A DNA stretch of 32,000 bases from Psychrobacter sp. DM4 (GCF_051307035.1 NZ_CP195536.1:630001-662000); one strand, 5' to 3'. Counted from the first letter of the stretch, positions 18,907 to 29,620 are shown. Numbers and translations: made by a program. Notes: generated by a model not told the origin, from the sequence alone.

Positions 18907-19422
18907 ATGGCTAGAAACGATAGAAATGATAAAAATGAACAAAGCGATGGCTTAGTAGAGCGCCTAGTTACCGTTGATCGCGTTGCAAAAGTGGTTAAAG
19001 GTGGTCGTATTTTCTCTTTCACCGCACTTACTGTAGTTGGCGATGGTAATGGTCGTGTTGGATTTGGTCGTGGTAAAGCACGCGAAGTTCCAGCCGCTAT
19101 CCAAAAAGCACTAGAAGCTGCTAAGCGTAATATGATCACAGTTGAGCTGAACGAAGCCACTTTGTATCATCCGATCAAAGCACGTCATGGTGCTAGTAAA
19201 GTCTATATGCAACCTGCATCTGAAGGTACTGGCGTTATTGCTGGTGGCGCTATGCGTGCGGTATTAGAAGTTGCTGGTGTCAAAGATGTTTTAACTAAAT
19301 GTTATGGTTCTACCAATACTGCTAACGTCGTTCGCGCAACCTTTAATGGTCTACGCGATATGTCGACTCCAGAGAAGATGGCAGCAAAACGTGGTAAATC
19401 TGTAGACGAAATTTTGGGCTAA
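18907..19422 (+). CDS. rpsE: 30S ribosomal protein S5
   Basis: 171 aa; [35 protein letters not shown]. Confidence 0.98.
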   Translation: MARNDRNDKNEQSDGLVERLVTVDRVAKVVKGGRIFSFTALTVVGDGNGRVGFGRGKAREVPAAIQKALEAAKRNMITVELNEATLYHPIKARHGASKVYMQPASEGTGVIAGGAMRAVLEVAGVKDVLTKCYGSTNTANVVRATFNGLRDMSTPEKMAAKRGKSVDEILG

Positions 19423-19442
19423 CTTAGACTAGGTGAGTTACG

Positions 19443-19622
19443 ATGAAAACAATGAAAGTCACTCAATTAAAATCAGGTGCCCATCGCCTCAAGAGCCACA
19501 AAGCTAGCTTGAAAGGATTGGGTTTACGCCGCATTAATCATACGGTCGAAGTTGAAGATACACCATCAACTCGTGGTATGGTCAATCGCGTTAACTACAT
19601 GGTAAAAGTGGAGGAAGCGTAA
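19443..19622 (+). CDS. rpmD: 50S ribosomal protein L30
   Basis: Not in the ORF track (59 aa). My translation: [59 protein letters not shown]. It matches E. coli L30, and its stop overlaps the rplO ATG (TAATG). Confidence 0.93.
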   Translation: MKTMKVTQLKSGAHRLKSHKASLKGLGLRRINHTVEVEDTPSTRGMVNRVNYMVKVEEA

Positions 19623-20062
19623 TGGGACTTAGATTAAATGAATTATCACCAGGTGTTGGTGCAAAGAAAACTGCACAGCGCCGTGGTCGTGGTATCGGTT
19701 CAGGTCTTGGTAAAACAGGTGGTCGCGGTGTAAAGGGTCAAAAATCACGTTCAGGTTCTAGCATACGCTCAGGATTTGAGGGTGGTCAGATGCCTTTGTA
19801 CCGTCGTTTACCAAAGTTTGGTTTTACGAGTAAAATGGCGATGACGACTGCTGAAGTCCGTTTGTCTGAACTTAATAAAATCGATGGTGATGTTGTCAGC
19901 TTAGCTACGTTAAAGGCGGCTAATCTTGTTCGTCATGATATGAAACGTGCACGTGTGATGTTATCAGGTGAAGTCACTAAAGCTTTTACCTTTAAAGGTA
20001 TCAAAGTGACTAAAGGCGCCAAGCTTGCTATCGAAGCTGCTGGTGGTAGCATCGAGGAGTAG
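19622..20062 (+). CDS. rplO: 50S ribosomal protein L15
   Basis: 146 aa; [23 protein letters not shown]...[15 protein letters not shown]. Confidence 0.98.
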   Translation: MGLRLNELSPGVGAKKTAQRRGRGIGSGLGKTGGRGVKGQKSRSGSSIRSGFEGGQMPLYRRLPKFGFTSKMAMTTAEVRLSELNKIDGDVVSLATLKAANLVRHDMKRARVMLSGEVTKAFTFKGIKVTKGAKLAIEAAGGSIEE

Positions 20063-20066
20063 TAAC

Positions 20067-21413
20067 GTGTCAAAACAATCAATGTCGTCGACTGGTATAC
20101 CGCTAAATCCACTTGCTTTCATACGTAAGTATGATGAACTATGGACGCGTTTACTATTTTTGATCGGGGCTTTGATTGTTTACCGTTTGGGATCTCACAT
20201 TCCTGTTCCTGGTATTAATCCTGTCAATTTAGCGGATTTGTTCTCGCGTAATGAAAACACCATTTTGAGCATGTTTAATATGTTTTCAGGTGGTGCCCTT
20301 GAGCGCATGTCAATTATGGCGCTCGGCATTATGCCCTACATCTCAGCTTCTATTATTGTACAGATGATGTCAGCGGTTGTACCGTCGCTTGAAGCGCTAA
20401 AAAAAGACGGTGAAGCTGGACGGCGAAAGTTAAACAAGTATACCCGTCAGGGAACCCTTGCGTTAGCTCTAGTACAGTCTTTAGGAATGTGTGCAGGTCT
20501 TATTAGCCAGAATCTGACTCTATCTAGCGGCCTTACCTTTTACATACCTGCGGTGACTTCATTAGTCGCAGGCGCTATGTTCTTGATGTGGCTCGGTGAG
20601 CAGATTACTGAACGCGGTGTTGGCAATGGCATCTCAATGCTTATTTTTGCTAGTATCGTTGCTGGTACGCCAGGCATGATTTCACAATCTATCGAACAGG
20701 TCAATCAGGGTCAGATGAACCTGATTGTACTTTTTATCTTTGTTATTCTGGGCGTCGCAGTCACAGCAGGTATCGTTTATATCGAACGTGCTCAGCGTCA
20801 AGTCCCTGTTAACTACGCACAAAAGCAGCAGCAAGGTCGCAAAATTTATGCTCAGCAGCAGTCTCATCTGCCACTAAAAATAAATATGGCGGGCGTTATT
20901 CCCGCTATTTTTGCAAGTTCGCTATTGTTGTTCCCAGCAAGTTTGGGTCAGTGGGTTGGTCATTCGACAGATCCTACTTTTGTGCAAAAGATACTACAAA
21001 ATATGGCACTGGTGTTGTCTCCTGGACAACCGCTATATTTAGTACTGTTTGGTGCGATGATTATTTTCTTCTGCTATTTTTATACCGCATTGGTCTTTAG
21101 TCCACGTGAAGTCGCTGAAAACCTCAAACGAAGTGGTGCGTATATACCAGGTATTCGTCCCGGACAACAAACTCAGCGTTATCTAGATCATGTATTAAAC
21201 CGATTGACTTTCATTGGCGCTATGTATATGACAGTTATTTGTTTAATGCCTATGGTTATCCAGTCAGGTTTTGGTGTGCCATTTAATCTAGGCGGTACAT
21301 CGCTTTTGATTATGGTAGTAGTGGTAATGGATTTCATCTCGCAGATTCAAGCGCATTTGATGACCCATCAATACCACGATCAAACATTAATTCAATCGCC
21401 CACTCAGCCTTAA
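20067..21413 (+). CDS. secY: preprotein translocase subunit SecY
   Basis: Polytopic membrane protein with SecY motifs (LLFLIGALIVYRLGSHIPVPGI; MALGIMPYISASII; GEQITERGVGNGIS). GTG 20067 lies 6 nt after GAGGAG (20055-20060). ATG 20082 is an alternative start. Confidence 0.93.
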   Translation: MSKQSMSSTGIPLNPLAFIRKYDELWTRLLFLIGALIVYRLGSHIPVPGINPVNLADLFSRNENTILSMFNMFSGGALERMSIMALGIMPYISASIIVQMMSAVVPSLEALKKDGEAGRRKLNKYTRQGTLALALVQSLGMCAGLISQNLTLSSGLTFYIPAVTSLVAGAMFLMWLGEQITERGVGNGISMLIFASIVAGTPGMISQSIEQVNQGQMNLIVLFIFVILGVAVTAGIVYIERAQRQVPVNYAQKQQQGRKIYAQQQSHLPLKINMAGVIPAIFASSLLLFPASLGQWVGHSTDPTFVQKILQNMALVLSPGQPLYLVLFGAMIIFFCYFYTALVFSPREVAENLKRSGAYIPGIRPGQQTQRYLDHVLNRLTFIGAMYMTVICLMPMVIQSGFGVPFNLGGTSLLIMVVVVMDFISQIQAHLMTHQYHDQTLIQSPTQP

Positions 21414-21444
21414 ATGAGCGGTACGATATTTCAAGGAGAATGCG

Positions 21445-21561
21445 ATGAAAGTTCAAGCATCAGTTAAAAAGATTTGTGGTAGCTGTAAAGTAGTTCGCCG
21501 CAAAGGTCGTGTACATATTATATGTACCGCAGAACCACGTCACAAGCAACGTCAAGGTTGA
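21445..21561 (+). CDS. rpmJ: 50S ribosomal protein L36 (Cys-containing form)
   Basis: Not in the ORF track (38 aa). My translation: [44 protein letters not shown] lies upstream. Confidence 0.92.
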   Translation: MKVQASVKKICGSCKVVRRKGRVHIICTAEPRHKQRQG

Positions 21562-21598
21562 TAGACTAAGTCCATTTCGTTCTTAATCTAATTAATAC

Positions 21599-21627
21599 TT
21601 GAAAAAAAGTGGTGAATGCGATATCAT
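21599..21627 (+). promoter_or_regulatory. possible alpha-operon promoter (weak call)
   Basis: TTGAAA (21599-21604), 17-nt spacer, TATCAT (21622-21627). The same DNA can instead fold as an 8-bp hairpin (21607-21614 / 21629-21636), so the assignment is ambiguous. Confidence 0.3.
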
Positions 21628-21799
21628 CCGCCACTTGCCGTAGTTCATACCTTTATATTTGTTTAATTTCGTGTTTTATGTTCGTCAAAAGATAGCTATA
21701 GACACTTAGTTTGAGTATTCAGGTATCAACAGCAACAATTTTGAGAAGCAACTTACTGTTAACCAAAACAGTAGCTGTTTTTCTTTGATGGAGAAATAA

Positions 21800-22156
21800 A
21801 TGGCTCGTATTGCCGGTGTCAACATTCCGGATAATAAGCATGCTGTTATTTCACTAACTTACATCTTTGGTGTAGGTCGTACCACTGCTCAGAAAATCTT
21901 AGAAGCAGTTGGCATTGCCCCTACTACTAAAGTTAGTCAGTTAGATGATACACAGTTAGATGCTATCCGTGCACAGGTTGCAAATTTCACTACCGAAGGT
22001 GATCTTCGTCGTGAAGTGTCAATGAATATTAAGCGCTTGGTCGATCTTGGTTGTTACCGTGGCATCCGCCATCGTCGTAACTTACCAGTAAGAGGTCAAA
22101 ACACTAAGAACAACGCTCGTACTCGTAAGGGTCCGACACGCCCTCTCAAAAGATAA
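21800..22156 (+). CDS. rpsM: 30S ribosomal protein S13
   Basis: [14 protein letters not shown]...GCYRG.RHRR.LPVRGQ.TK.NARTRKG. Confidence 0.98.
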   Translation: MARIAGVNIPDNKHAVISLTYIFGVGRTTAQKILEAVGIAPTTKVSQLDDTQLDAIRAQVANFTTEGDLRREVSMNIKRLVDLGCYRGIRHRRNLPVRGQNTKNNARTRKGPTRPLKR

Positions 22157-22176
22157 TCAACTTAGGAAGCTAAAAG

Positions 22177-22566
22177 ATGGCTAAAGACACTCGTAGTCGC
22201 AAAAAAGTGGCTCGTCGTTCAGTATCGGAGGGCATTGCCCACATCCATGCGTCTTTTAATAACACCATTGTAACGATTACCGATCGCCAAGGTAATGCAC
22301 TGGCTTGGGCCACCTCAGGTGGACAAGGCTTCCGTGGTTCACGTAAATCTACACCATTTGCAGCTCAGGTTGCAGCTGAAGTCGCAGGTAAAGCGGCTCA
22401 GGAATACGGTGTTAAGAATATCGACGTTTTGGTCAAAGGACCAGGACCGGGTCGTGAGTCTGCGGTAAGAGCACTAGGTGCATTGGGTTATAAAGTGAAC
22501 AGCATCTCTGATGTGACCCCAATTCCACACAATGGTTGCCGTGCGCCGAAAAAGCGCCGCGTCTAA
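22177..22566 (+). CDS. rpsK: 30S ribosomal protein S11
   Basis: [24 protein letters not shown]...[14 protein letters not shown]. Confidence 0.98.
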   Translation: MAKDTRSRKKVARRSVSEGIAHIHASFNNTIVTITDRQGNALAWATSGGQGFRGSRKSTPFAAQVAAEVAGKAAQEYGVKNIDVLVKGPGPGRESAVRALGALGYKVNSISDVTPIPHNGCRAPKKRRV

Positions 22567-22614
22567 TATTAGAGACGAAGCTTTTTATCACGAAAGCTTA
22601 TAGGAGACATAAAC

Positions 22615-23256
22615 ATGGCCCGTTATATTGGACCAAAACTGAAATTATCACGTCGTGAAGGTACTGACCTAGGCCTTAAGTCTGGTGTTAAGCCTTATGA
22701 CGTCAAGACTAAAAAAGCTGGTCGTCCACCAGGTCAACATGGCGTTAGCCGTAATAAGACCTCAGAATATGCTTTACAGCTGCGTGAAAAGCAGAAAGTT
22801 AAGCGTATCTATGGTGTATTAGAGCGCCAGTTTGCAAACTACTACAAAGAAGCTGCTCGTAAGCGCGGCGCTACCGGTGAAAACTTGCTAGCGATGCTTG
22901 AGAGCCGTATCGATAACGTTGTATACCGTATGGGCTTTGGCTCAACTCGCGCTGAAGCGCGTCAGTTGGTTAGCCACCGTACCGTTATGCTTAAACAAGC
23001 AGGTCGTGATGAGTTTGTTCGTGTGAACATTCCATCAATCCAATTGCAAGATGGCGACGTTATCGCTATTCAAGAGAAATCTCGCGAACAGCTACGTATC
23101 AAAAATGCTATTGAGCTTGCCACGCAGCGCGGTATTCCAGAATGGCTAGATGTTGACCACAGCAAACTACAAGGCACGTTCAAAAAAGCGCCTGATCGCA
23201 TTGATCTCCCTGCTGAAATCAACGAAAGCTTAATCGTTGAGCTATATTCTAAATAA
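22615..23256 (+). CDS. rpsD: 30S ribosomal protein S4
   Basis: [19 protein letters not shown]...LIVELYSK. 213 aa, with a small insert relative to E. coli. Confidence 0.98.
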   Translation: MARYIGPKLKLSRREGTDLGLKSGVKPYDVKTKKAGRPPGQHGVSRNKTSEYALQLREKQKVKRIYGVLERQFANYYKEAARKRGATGENLLAMLESRIDNVVYRMGFGSTRAEARQLVSHRTVMLKQAGRDEFVRVNIPSIQLQDGDVIAIQEKSREQLRIKNAIELATQRGIPEWLDVDHSKLQGTFKKAPDRIDLPAEINESLIVELYSK

Positions 23257-23338
23257 GTGACACCTCAACATATCTACTGATTTTTTCAGTGGATATGTTA
23301 TGTCATTTAAAACCTGTTAAATCAATCGAGGTGACATT

Positions 23339-24346
23339 ATGATGCTAAATGCAACTGAGTTTCTAACACCAAATGCCATTAATGTGGATACGGTTAACGA
23401 AACGATTGCGAAAGTCACGCTCGAACCGTTAGAACGCGGCTTTGGGCATACCTTAGGGAATGCTTTACGCCGTATCTTATTATCTTCATTACCTGGTGCT
23501 GCGGTTATCGAAGCCGAGATTGATGGTGTTGACCATGAATACTCTACGCTTGAAGGCCTGCAAGAAGATGTACTTGATTTGCTTTTAAATTTGAAAGGCT
23601 TAGCAATTACTCTTCATGATCAGAATGAAGTATTTTTGACCTTGGACAAGCAAGGTCCAGGCACTATTACTGCCGCAGACATCGCACTACCGCACAATGT
23701 AGATATTATCAATCCAGAATTGGTACTAGGTACACTGAGCGAACGCGGTCATCTTAAGATGCGTCTACGTGTGGTCATGGGTCGTGGATACGAGCCCGCA
23801 AATCAGCGCCGTGAAGATGGTGACACTAAAGCAATTGGTCGTCTAAAGCTTGATGCAAGTTTTAGTCCCGTGCTACGTGTTGCATATCAAGTCGAGAACG
23901 CTCGTGTAGAACAGCGTACCGATCTTGATCGTCTTATCATCGAGCTTGAGACTAACGGCACTATCGATCCAGAAGAAGCAATTCGTAAAGCTGCTACTAT
24001 TTTACAGCAACAGATTTCTATCTTTGTTGATCTAGAAGCTGAAGAAGCGCCTGAGCCTGTGAAAGAGAAAGAAGAGGTTGATCCAGTGCTACTTCGCCCT
24101 GTGGATGACCTTGAACTAACGGTTCGCTCAGCCAACTGCTTAAAAGCTGAAAACATTTACTATATCGGTGATTTGGTACAGCGTTCAGAGACTGAATTAT
24201 TAAAAACCCCAAATCTTGGTAAGAAATCATTAACGGAAATCAAGGACGTACTAGCGTCTAAAGATTTAGAGCTCGGTATGCGCCTAGATAACTGGCCACC
24301 TGCTGACTTACGTGTTGATGATCGCTTTTCTTATCGTAGCCGCTAA
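23339..24346 (+). CDS. rpoA: DNA-directed RNA polymerase subunit alpha
   Basis: [26 protein letters not shown]...; C-terminal domain [28 protein letters not shown] lies upstream. Confidence 0.98.
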   Translation: MMLNATEFLTPNAINVDTVNETIAKVTLEPLERGFGHTLGNALRRILLSSLPGAAVIEAEIDGVDHEYSTLEGLQEDVLDLLLNLKGLAITLHDQNEVFLTLDKQGPGTITAADIALPHNVDIINPELVLGTLSERGHLKMRLRVVMGRGYEPANQRREDGDTKAIGRLKLDASFSPVLRVAYQVENARVEQRTDLDRLIIELETNGTIDPEEAIRKAATILQQQISIFVDLEAEEAPEPVKEKEEVDPVLLRPVDDLELTVRSANCLKAENIYYIGDLVQRSETELLKTPNLGKKSLTEIKDVLASKDLELGMRLDNWPPADLRVDDRFSYRSR

Positions 24347-24365
24347 ACTTTAAGGATATTTGACT

Positions 24366-24725
24366 ATGCGCCATCGCAAGAGTGGAGTCAAGCTGGGTCG
24401 TACCGGCAGTCATCGTAAAGCCATGTTCCAAAATATGACGAACTCATTATTTGAGCACGAGCTGATCAAAACTACGTTGCCAAAAGCAAAAGAGCTACGC
24501 CGCGTCGCTGAGCCATTAATCACTTTGGCAAAAGAAGATAGCGTTGCTAACCGCCGCTTAGCATTTAGCCGTATGCGTAGTAAAACTATGGTAGGTAAAC
24601 TATTTAGTACGTTAGGTCCACGCTATCAAACGCGTCCAGGTGGCTACTTACGTATCGTAAAGTGTGGTCATCGTGATGGTGATAACGCGCCAATGGCTTA
24701 TGTAGAATTGGTTGATCGTGACTAA
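24366..24725 (+). CDS. rplQ: 50S ribosomal protein L17
   Basis: [24 protein letters not shown] canonical L17 N-terminus. ATG 24366 is preferred over the track's TTG 24360. Confidence 0.97.
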   Translation: MRHRKSGVKLGRTGSHRKAMFQNMTNSLFEHELIKTTLPKAKELRRVAEPLITLAKEDSVANRRLAFSRMRSKTMVGKLFSTLGPRYQTRPGGYLRIVKCGHRDGDNAPMAYVELVDRD

Positions 24726-24747
24726 TTTTAATTATTTATTGCAATAT

Positions 24748-24779
24748 AAAAAAAGCTCCAATTTGTTGGAGCTTTTTTT
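24748..24779. terminator. bidirectional rho-independent terminator (rplQ / yciO convergent)
   Basis: AAAAAA-AGCTCCAA-TTTG-TTGGAGCT-TTTTTT: an 8-bp GC-containing stem (24754-24761 / 24766-24773) flanked by an A-run and a T-run. Confidence 0.85.
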
Positions 24780-24802
24780 GCGTTAAATTTTATGGTCTAT
24801 GT

Positions 24803-25423
24803 TCAAATTAGCAGGGTACTGACGTCAGCTGCACCTTGTCTAATAATTTCAGGCTGGCTACTGGTCATATCGATGATAGTAGTTAGCATTGTAGTTTTGA
24901 TACCCGCGTTGATCAGGCCATCAATTTGATTGCTTAATAATTCTTCGATTTCAAACGGATCATCGAGTATGTCATCACGATTGGGCAATATAAGTGAGCT
25001 AGTCAAAATGGGTTCATCCATCGCTTCTAAAAGTGCTTGTGCGATGGGGTTGCTCGGTACTCGTATACCTATAGTTTTCTTTTTCGGATGGGACAATTTT
25101 TTGGGTACGTCTTTTGTTGCGTTTAATATAAAAGTAATCGGTGCTGGAGTATGTGCTTTTAACTGTTTAAATTGTTGATTATCAACTGTAGCATAATTAG
25201 CAATTTCACTCAAATCACGACATAACAGAGTAAATTGATGTTTGTCATCAAGCTCACGTATCAGTTTGAGCTTCTCTAAAGCGTCTTTGGCGCCAAGTCG
25301 ACAGCCAAAGGCGTAGCTGGTATCAGTAGGGTATATGATTAGCTTATCACTTCGTAGCATATCTGCTGCTTGCTCAATGAGCCGAGGTTGCGGGTTTTCT
25401 GGATGTATATATAGCGTTTGCAT
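24803..25423 (-). CDS. yciO: YciO-type YrdC/Sua5-fold protein (threonylcarbamoyl-AMP synthase family)
   Basis: 206 aa, collinear with E. coli YciO (YIHPENPQPRLI, IYPTDTSYAFGC, FTLLCRDLSE, KTIGIRVPSNPIAQALLEA). Confidence 0.85.
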   Translation of the reverse strand: MQTLYIHPENPQPRLIEQAADMLRSDKLIIYPTDTSYAFGCRLGAKDALEKLKLIRELDDKHQFTLLCRDLSEIANYATVDNQQFKQLKAHTPAPITFILNATKDVPKKLSHPKKKTIGIRVPSNPIAQALLEAMDEPILTSSLILPNRDDILDDPFEIEELLSNQIDGLINAGIKTTMLTTIIDMTSSQPEIIRQGAADVSTLLI

Positions 25424-25613
25424 GAAAGCTCCTAAATCGTTTTAATGAGTAGTCTTATTTTGAATATTGTATGAGTATAGCTCGAGATTATGTATAGATA
25501 GTAGAGTCATGCGGTTAATAACCGTACTAAGCTTTTAAGATAGTACACTTATAACAAACAGTCGGATTTTAGTAGAACTGAGCTGTCTAGTTGATTGATA
25601 TCAGATTGGTGAT

Positions 25614-26312
25614 TTAGTATTGTCGTTCTAACAACAATGCCCATAGCAATACTTTGGCATCACGCGGTATGGTATTAGGATTGTTAATATAGTTCAGAGC
25701 CTGCTCATAGACATTGAGCGCAAAGCGGCTGTCACTGGTTTCAAAGTCAGCAAATAGATTATCCTCAGATACGCTAAATGATCTTTGACAAGCTAGGGTA
25801 AATAAGCATTCTAGAGCCTGCGGTTTGATCTCTACACGCTCAAAAGCGGCTTGCTGGACATGATTGCGACCATCTGGCGCGTACCAGTAGCCAAAATCAT
25901 TACTTTGCCTACGTGCTTGACCTGCGATGCACCAGTGACTAATCTCATGTAAGGCACTAGCAAAAAATCCATGAGCAAATGTAATTTGAGCTGGTTTGTT
26001 GTAAGTAGCGGCAAAATACTCAGGCTCGCCAGTACTGCGCACTACCATCACATTTTGTTTAGCAAATAAGGTATTGAACAGTCTAAGCAAAGCATCAACG
26101 CTTTTTATTTCTTGAATAGGGCACAGTTGCGTTTTCAACAGAGACGGGTCATCTAACTTATCTGCGATACAGGACACATAATCATTGTCTTTTATCGAAT
26201 GTAATTCAGGACAGTGGTTGACTATATATGAGTCAAGTTCAGACATTAACGACATGAGGTGGTCATTGCTTAGTAAAGCTGAAAAATCAGGAAGAGTAGG
26301 GCGAAGAGTCAT
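25614..26312 (-). CDS. epmC: elongation factor P hydroxylase (EpmC/YfcM family)
   Basis: FAHGFFASALHEISHWCIAGQARR..DFGYWYAPDGR...VEIKPQALE matches the E. coli EpmC core. Start ATG 26312 (MTLRPT...) is chosen. The track start 26441 adds an implausible Cys/Tyr-rich leader, so the exact start is uncertain. Confidence 0.8.
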   Translation of the reverse strand: MTLRPTLPDFSALLSNDHLMSLMSELDSYIVNHCPELHSIKDNDYVSCIADKLDDPSLLKTQLCPIQEIKSVDALLRLFNTLFAKQNVMVVRSTGEPEYFAATYNKPAQITFAHGFFASALHEISHWCIAGQARRQSNDFGYWYAPDGRNHVQQAAFERVEIKPQALECLFTLACQRSFSVSEDNLFADFETSDSRFALNVYEQALNYINNPNTIPRDAKVLLWALLLERQY

Positions 26313-26461
26313 AGAGGATAGTGTATATGAGTAAAGTTTTAGGGACTTATCTATAGATATTAAGTAGCAAAATTCGTAACATACTAGCGCTAGCGTCGTA
26401 TAAGGCTTTGCGTTAGTATGGCAAGCAATATTATACACCATTTACATATGAGAGGCCGCGT

Positions 26462-27040
26462 ATGCCGAGCACTTCAGCTATAGTATCTAATAATGATACT
26501 CAAGCGACACCGTCAGTCATATTATCTGAAAATATCTCATTGAATAAGTGGGAGGATATGGGTTTTGAATGGTCAGGATCAGTATCACCTAATGCCTTTT
26601 ACCGTCTCAAAGCGATACTTGCGACAGAGCACGAACAGCTAGAGCTACGACTGGATGCTAAGTTGTATCGGCGCAGTAATGTATTGTACTTAGCTTTTGA
26701 GCTGACAGGTAACGTATGGCTTACTTGCCAGCGTTGTTTACAGCCTGTCGCTGTGGACTTGACAGATAGTTACAACATCGCGCTATTAGACGATGACAGT
26801 CAAGAGAGTTTGATCGATGATGAGCAAGATTATCTTCTGTTAGATGAGATCGTAACAGAGCAGACACCAGAACGCCTATTGCCTTTCAAAAAATTGATTG
26901 AAGATGAGATACTACTAAAAACACCGCTATCACCAAAACATGACGATTGCGAAATGGTGACCTCTCAAGTTGGTAATATCCCAGAAGAAGAGAACGAAAA
27001 TCCTTTTGCAGCGCTTGCATCATTGAAAGGTAAGCTGTAA
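26462..27040 (+). CDS. yceD: YceD (DUF177) 23S rRNA accumulation protein
   Basis: CQRCLQPV ... EDEILLKTPLSPKHD..C ... NPFAALASLKGK matches YceD. It lies upstream of rpmF as in E. coli. Confidence 0.9.
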   Translation: MPSTSAIVSNNDTQATPSVILSENISLNKWEDMGFEWSGSVSPNAFYRLKAILATEHEQLELRLDAKLYRRSNVLYLAFELTGNVWLTCQRCLQPVAVDLTDSYNIALLDDDSQESLIDDEQDYLLLDEIVTEQTPERLLPFKKLIEDEILLKTPLSPKHDDCEMVTSQVGNIPEEENENPFAALASLKGKL

Positions 27041-27332
27041 TAGGCTCTCGCGCCTTAGTTCTTACAGTTTCATCCTACCAAAACTCAATACAAAACCGGG
27101 GCTTTATTAATATGTTAAACACGCGTATAATATCCCGTTTATTGCATTCTGACACTGCGTTATTTGTATAGAAAGCTGATAGAACAGATTATTTGTTTCA
27201 ATCATCTCTATTGCAACTAGCAAACTTGCAGATTTAACGATGCATTAGTTTAAGCTTATTATTAATGGCCTTGACTCTGTATCGATAAAAACCAAATTCT
27301 AAGTTCATTCCCTTAAGTATAGGAGCTACATC

Positions 27333-27515
27333 ATGGCTGTTCAAAAAAGTCGTAAAAGCCGTTCGCGTCGTGACATGCGTCGTTCACATCATCGCATGGA
27401 AGTGGCTGAATTAAGCGTAGATGCGACTACTGGTGAAAAGCATCGTCGTCATCACATGACTAAAGATGGTTTCTACCGTGGCCGTCAGCTGTTTAAAGTC
27501 AGCCAAGATGCTTAG
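27333..27515 (+). CDS. rpmF: 50S ribosomal protein L32
   Basis: [19 protein letters not shown]... typical L32 (non-Cys form). AGGAG lies upstream. Confidence 0.96.
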   Translation: MAVQKSRKSRSRRDMRRSHHRMEVAELSVDATTGEKHRRHHMTKDGFYRGRQLFKVSQDA

Positions 27516-27621
27516 TATCAACTAGATTATCTCAAAACTGATTTATAGAGGGTTATCATTACAATGATAAGCATTCTAGTTTAGTTTAAGAGGGTAGCTA
27601 GCGTTTAAGTATCGTGCTAAT

Positions 27622-27677
27622 AAAAGCCAAGTGGTTTCGCTGTCATATATTATGCAAGCGAGTCCACTTGGCTTTTT
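27622..27677 (+). terminator. rho-independent terminator after rpmF
   Basis: AAAAGCCAAGTGG (27622-27634) pairs with CCACTTGGCTTTT (27664-27676), with inner TCGCT/AGCGA pairing. It is followed by a T-run. Confidence 0.7.
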
Positions 27678-27926
27678 GTTATTACTGGATTTAGGTGACC
27701 TTGGTAGTGTCTATTCTTTGACAGTTTGAGGCATTTAGGCTTACTATGTTAAGAGCCACATAGTTAAGAGCCTCAGATACTACTACTTTGTATTATAGAT
27801 TTAGTTTTTAATCGAATGTGGCAGCATAATGGGTCCCTAAGTAGCTTGTATGGCCGATTATAATAATAAAACGTGAATAAGATATCGCTCTTAGGGAATT
27901 ATTCAATCATACAAGGAATATATCGT

Positions 27927-28895
27927 ATGGCAGTAGCACCCGATTTAACAAAGGCGCCACCTGTGCGTATTGCAGTTGTTTTTCCGGGACAGGGCTCACA
28001 AACGGTTGCTATGACCTCAGAGCTTGCCGAACATTATCCTCAAATCAAAAATACTTTTGCTGAAGCAAGCGCTGTACTTGGTGAGGATCTATGGGCGATA
28101 TGTCAAGATGAAGAACAACTGAACCAAACGCAGTACACACAACCAGCGCTTTTAACAGCTAGTATTGCTATTTGGCGTATATTGCAAGAAAAGACCATTA
28201 GGACGCCGTGTTATTTAGCAGGACACTCTTTAGGGGAGTATAGTGCGCTGTGTGCTGCTGGGGTTATTAGCTTTGCCGACGCGGTCAAGCTAGTACATCA
28301 GCGTGGTCAATTCATGCAGGAGGCTGTAATTGGTATCGATACGGCTATGGCTGCCGTACTAGGTCTTGAGGACGCGCGTGTTGAGACGCTGTGTGAACAG
28401 GTAACCGAACATGTTGATGGCGCTATTGTTGACACAGCTAATCTTAATAGTCCAGGTCAAGTGGTGATATCTGGTAACGCTGTTGGAGTCACTGCGGTCA
28501 TAGACAAAGTGCACAATACTGGAAAAAAAGCCATACCCCTAAAGGTAAGTGTGCCGTCGCATTGTGCTCTTATGCAACCTGCAAGCAGTGCGCTTGCCAA
28601 AGCATTAGAGGATATAAAGTTTGAACAGGCGGTTATTCCTGTTATTCAAAACCGTCATGCTCGTGTTGAAAGTAGTGCTTTGGGTATCAAGCAGGCGCTC
28701 ACAGAGCAGTTAAGTGAGCCTGTACTATGGTCACAGACTATGCAAGAGCTGTCAGACAAACAGATTGGTATAGTGATTGAATGCGGCAGTGGTAATGTGC
28801 TAAGTAATCTGGCCAAGCGTCAGGCAGAGCCTATTACAAGCTATCCTACAGACAAGCTTGCTCGTCTTGATAAATTGATGGAGGTATTATCATGA
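27927..28895 (+). CDS. fabD: malonyl-CoA:ACP transacylase
   Basis: VFPGQGSQ, GHSLGEYSAL and VSVPSHC motifs. ATG 27927 has AAGGA 9 nt upstream. The track ORF (27873) is an upstream extension. Confidence 0.95.
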   Translation: MAVAPDLTKAPPVRIAVVFPGQGSQTVAMTSELAEHYPQIKNTFAEASAVLGEDLWAICQDEEQLNQTQYTQPALLTASIAIWRILQEKTIRTPCYLAGHSLGEYSALCAAGVISFADAVKLVHQRGQFMQEAVIGIDTAMAAVLGLEDARVETLCEQVTEHVDGAIVDTANLNSPGQVVISGNAVGVTAVIDKVHNTGKKAIPLKVSVPSHCALMQPASSALAKALEDIKFEQAVIPVIQNRHARVESSALGIKQALTEQLSEPVLWSQTMQELSDKQIGIVIECGSGNVLSNLAKRQAEPITSYPTDKLARLDKLMEVLS

Positions 28896-29620
28896 GCCGT
28901 ACGATTACATTAGTGACTGGGGCTAGCCGAGGTATCGGTAAAGCGGTCGCCAAGCGTTTTGCAAAGGAAGGTCATTTTGTCATCGGAACGGCCACTACAG
29001 AAAAAGGCGCTGAGCTGATCGACGAGTACCTACACGATACAGGCGGTATCGGTCGAGTTTTAGATGTGCGCAACACTGAGCAAATAAACAAACTGTTTGA
29101 AGAGATTGAAAGCGTCTATGGCGCGGTTCAGGTTCTGGTGAATAATGCTGGTATCACCAAAGACGGCCTGCTTATGCGTATGAAAGATGAAGATTGGGAC
29201 GATGTCGTCAACACCAACCTGTCTTCAGTATATCGTATGAGTAAACGCGCCATTCGCGGTATGATGAAAGCGCGCCGTGGCCGTATTATTAACATCAGCT
29301 CTGTTGTGGCAAAGATGGGTAATGCTGGACAGTCTAATTACGCGGCGACCAAAGCAGGACTTGAAGGCTTTAGTCGAACGCTGGCACGTGAAATCGGCTC
29401 GCGTCAAGTGACTATTAATTGTGTGGCACCAGGTCTTATCGAGACTGATATGACTGATGAGCTTGATGAGCGTCTGCTTAATTCTATGCTAGATGCCGTA
29501 CCTATTAGTCGTTTAGGTCAGCCAGAAGACATTGCTGCTGCGGTATCATTTTTGGCCAGTGATGAGGCCAGTTATATCACTGGTGCCGTTATTCCAGTCA
29601 ACGGCGGCATGTACATGTAG
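28892..29620 (+). CDS. fabG: 3-oxoacyl-ACP reductase
   Basis: SDR motifs VTGASRGIGKA, NNAG, S...YAATKAG. ATGA overlap with fabD. Confidence 0.96.
   Translation: MSRTITLVTGASRGIGKAVAKRFAKEGHFVIGTATTEKGAELIDEYLHDTGGIGRVLDVRNTEQINKLFEEIESVYGAVQVLVNNAGITKDGLLMRMKDEDWDDVVNTNLSSVYRMSKRAIRGMMKARRGRIINISSVVAKMGNAGQSNYAATKAGLEGFSRTLAREIGSRQVTINCVAPGLIETDMTDELDERLLNSMLDAVPISRLGQPEDIAAAVSFLASDEASYITGAVIPVNGGMYM

Noticed and set aside
21607-21636. Hairpin AAGTGGTG / CGCCACTT after rpmJ as a terminator of the spc operon
   Set aside because: No T-run follows it, and it overlaps the only decent promoter-like hexamers for rpsM. It is kept only as an ambiguity note on that low-confidence promoter.
25470-25500. 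Near-palindrome CGGTTA-A-TAACCG between epmC and yciO
   Set aside because: It is short (6-bp arms), isolated and AT-rich, with no supporting context.
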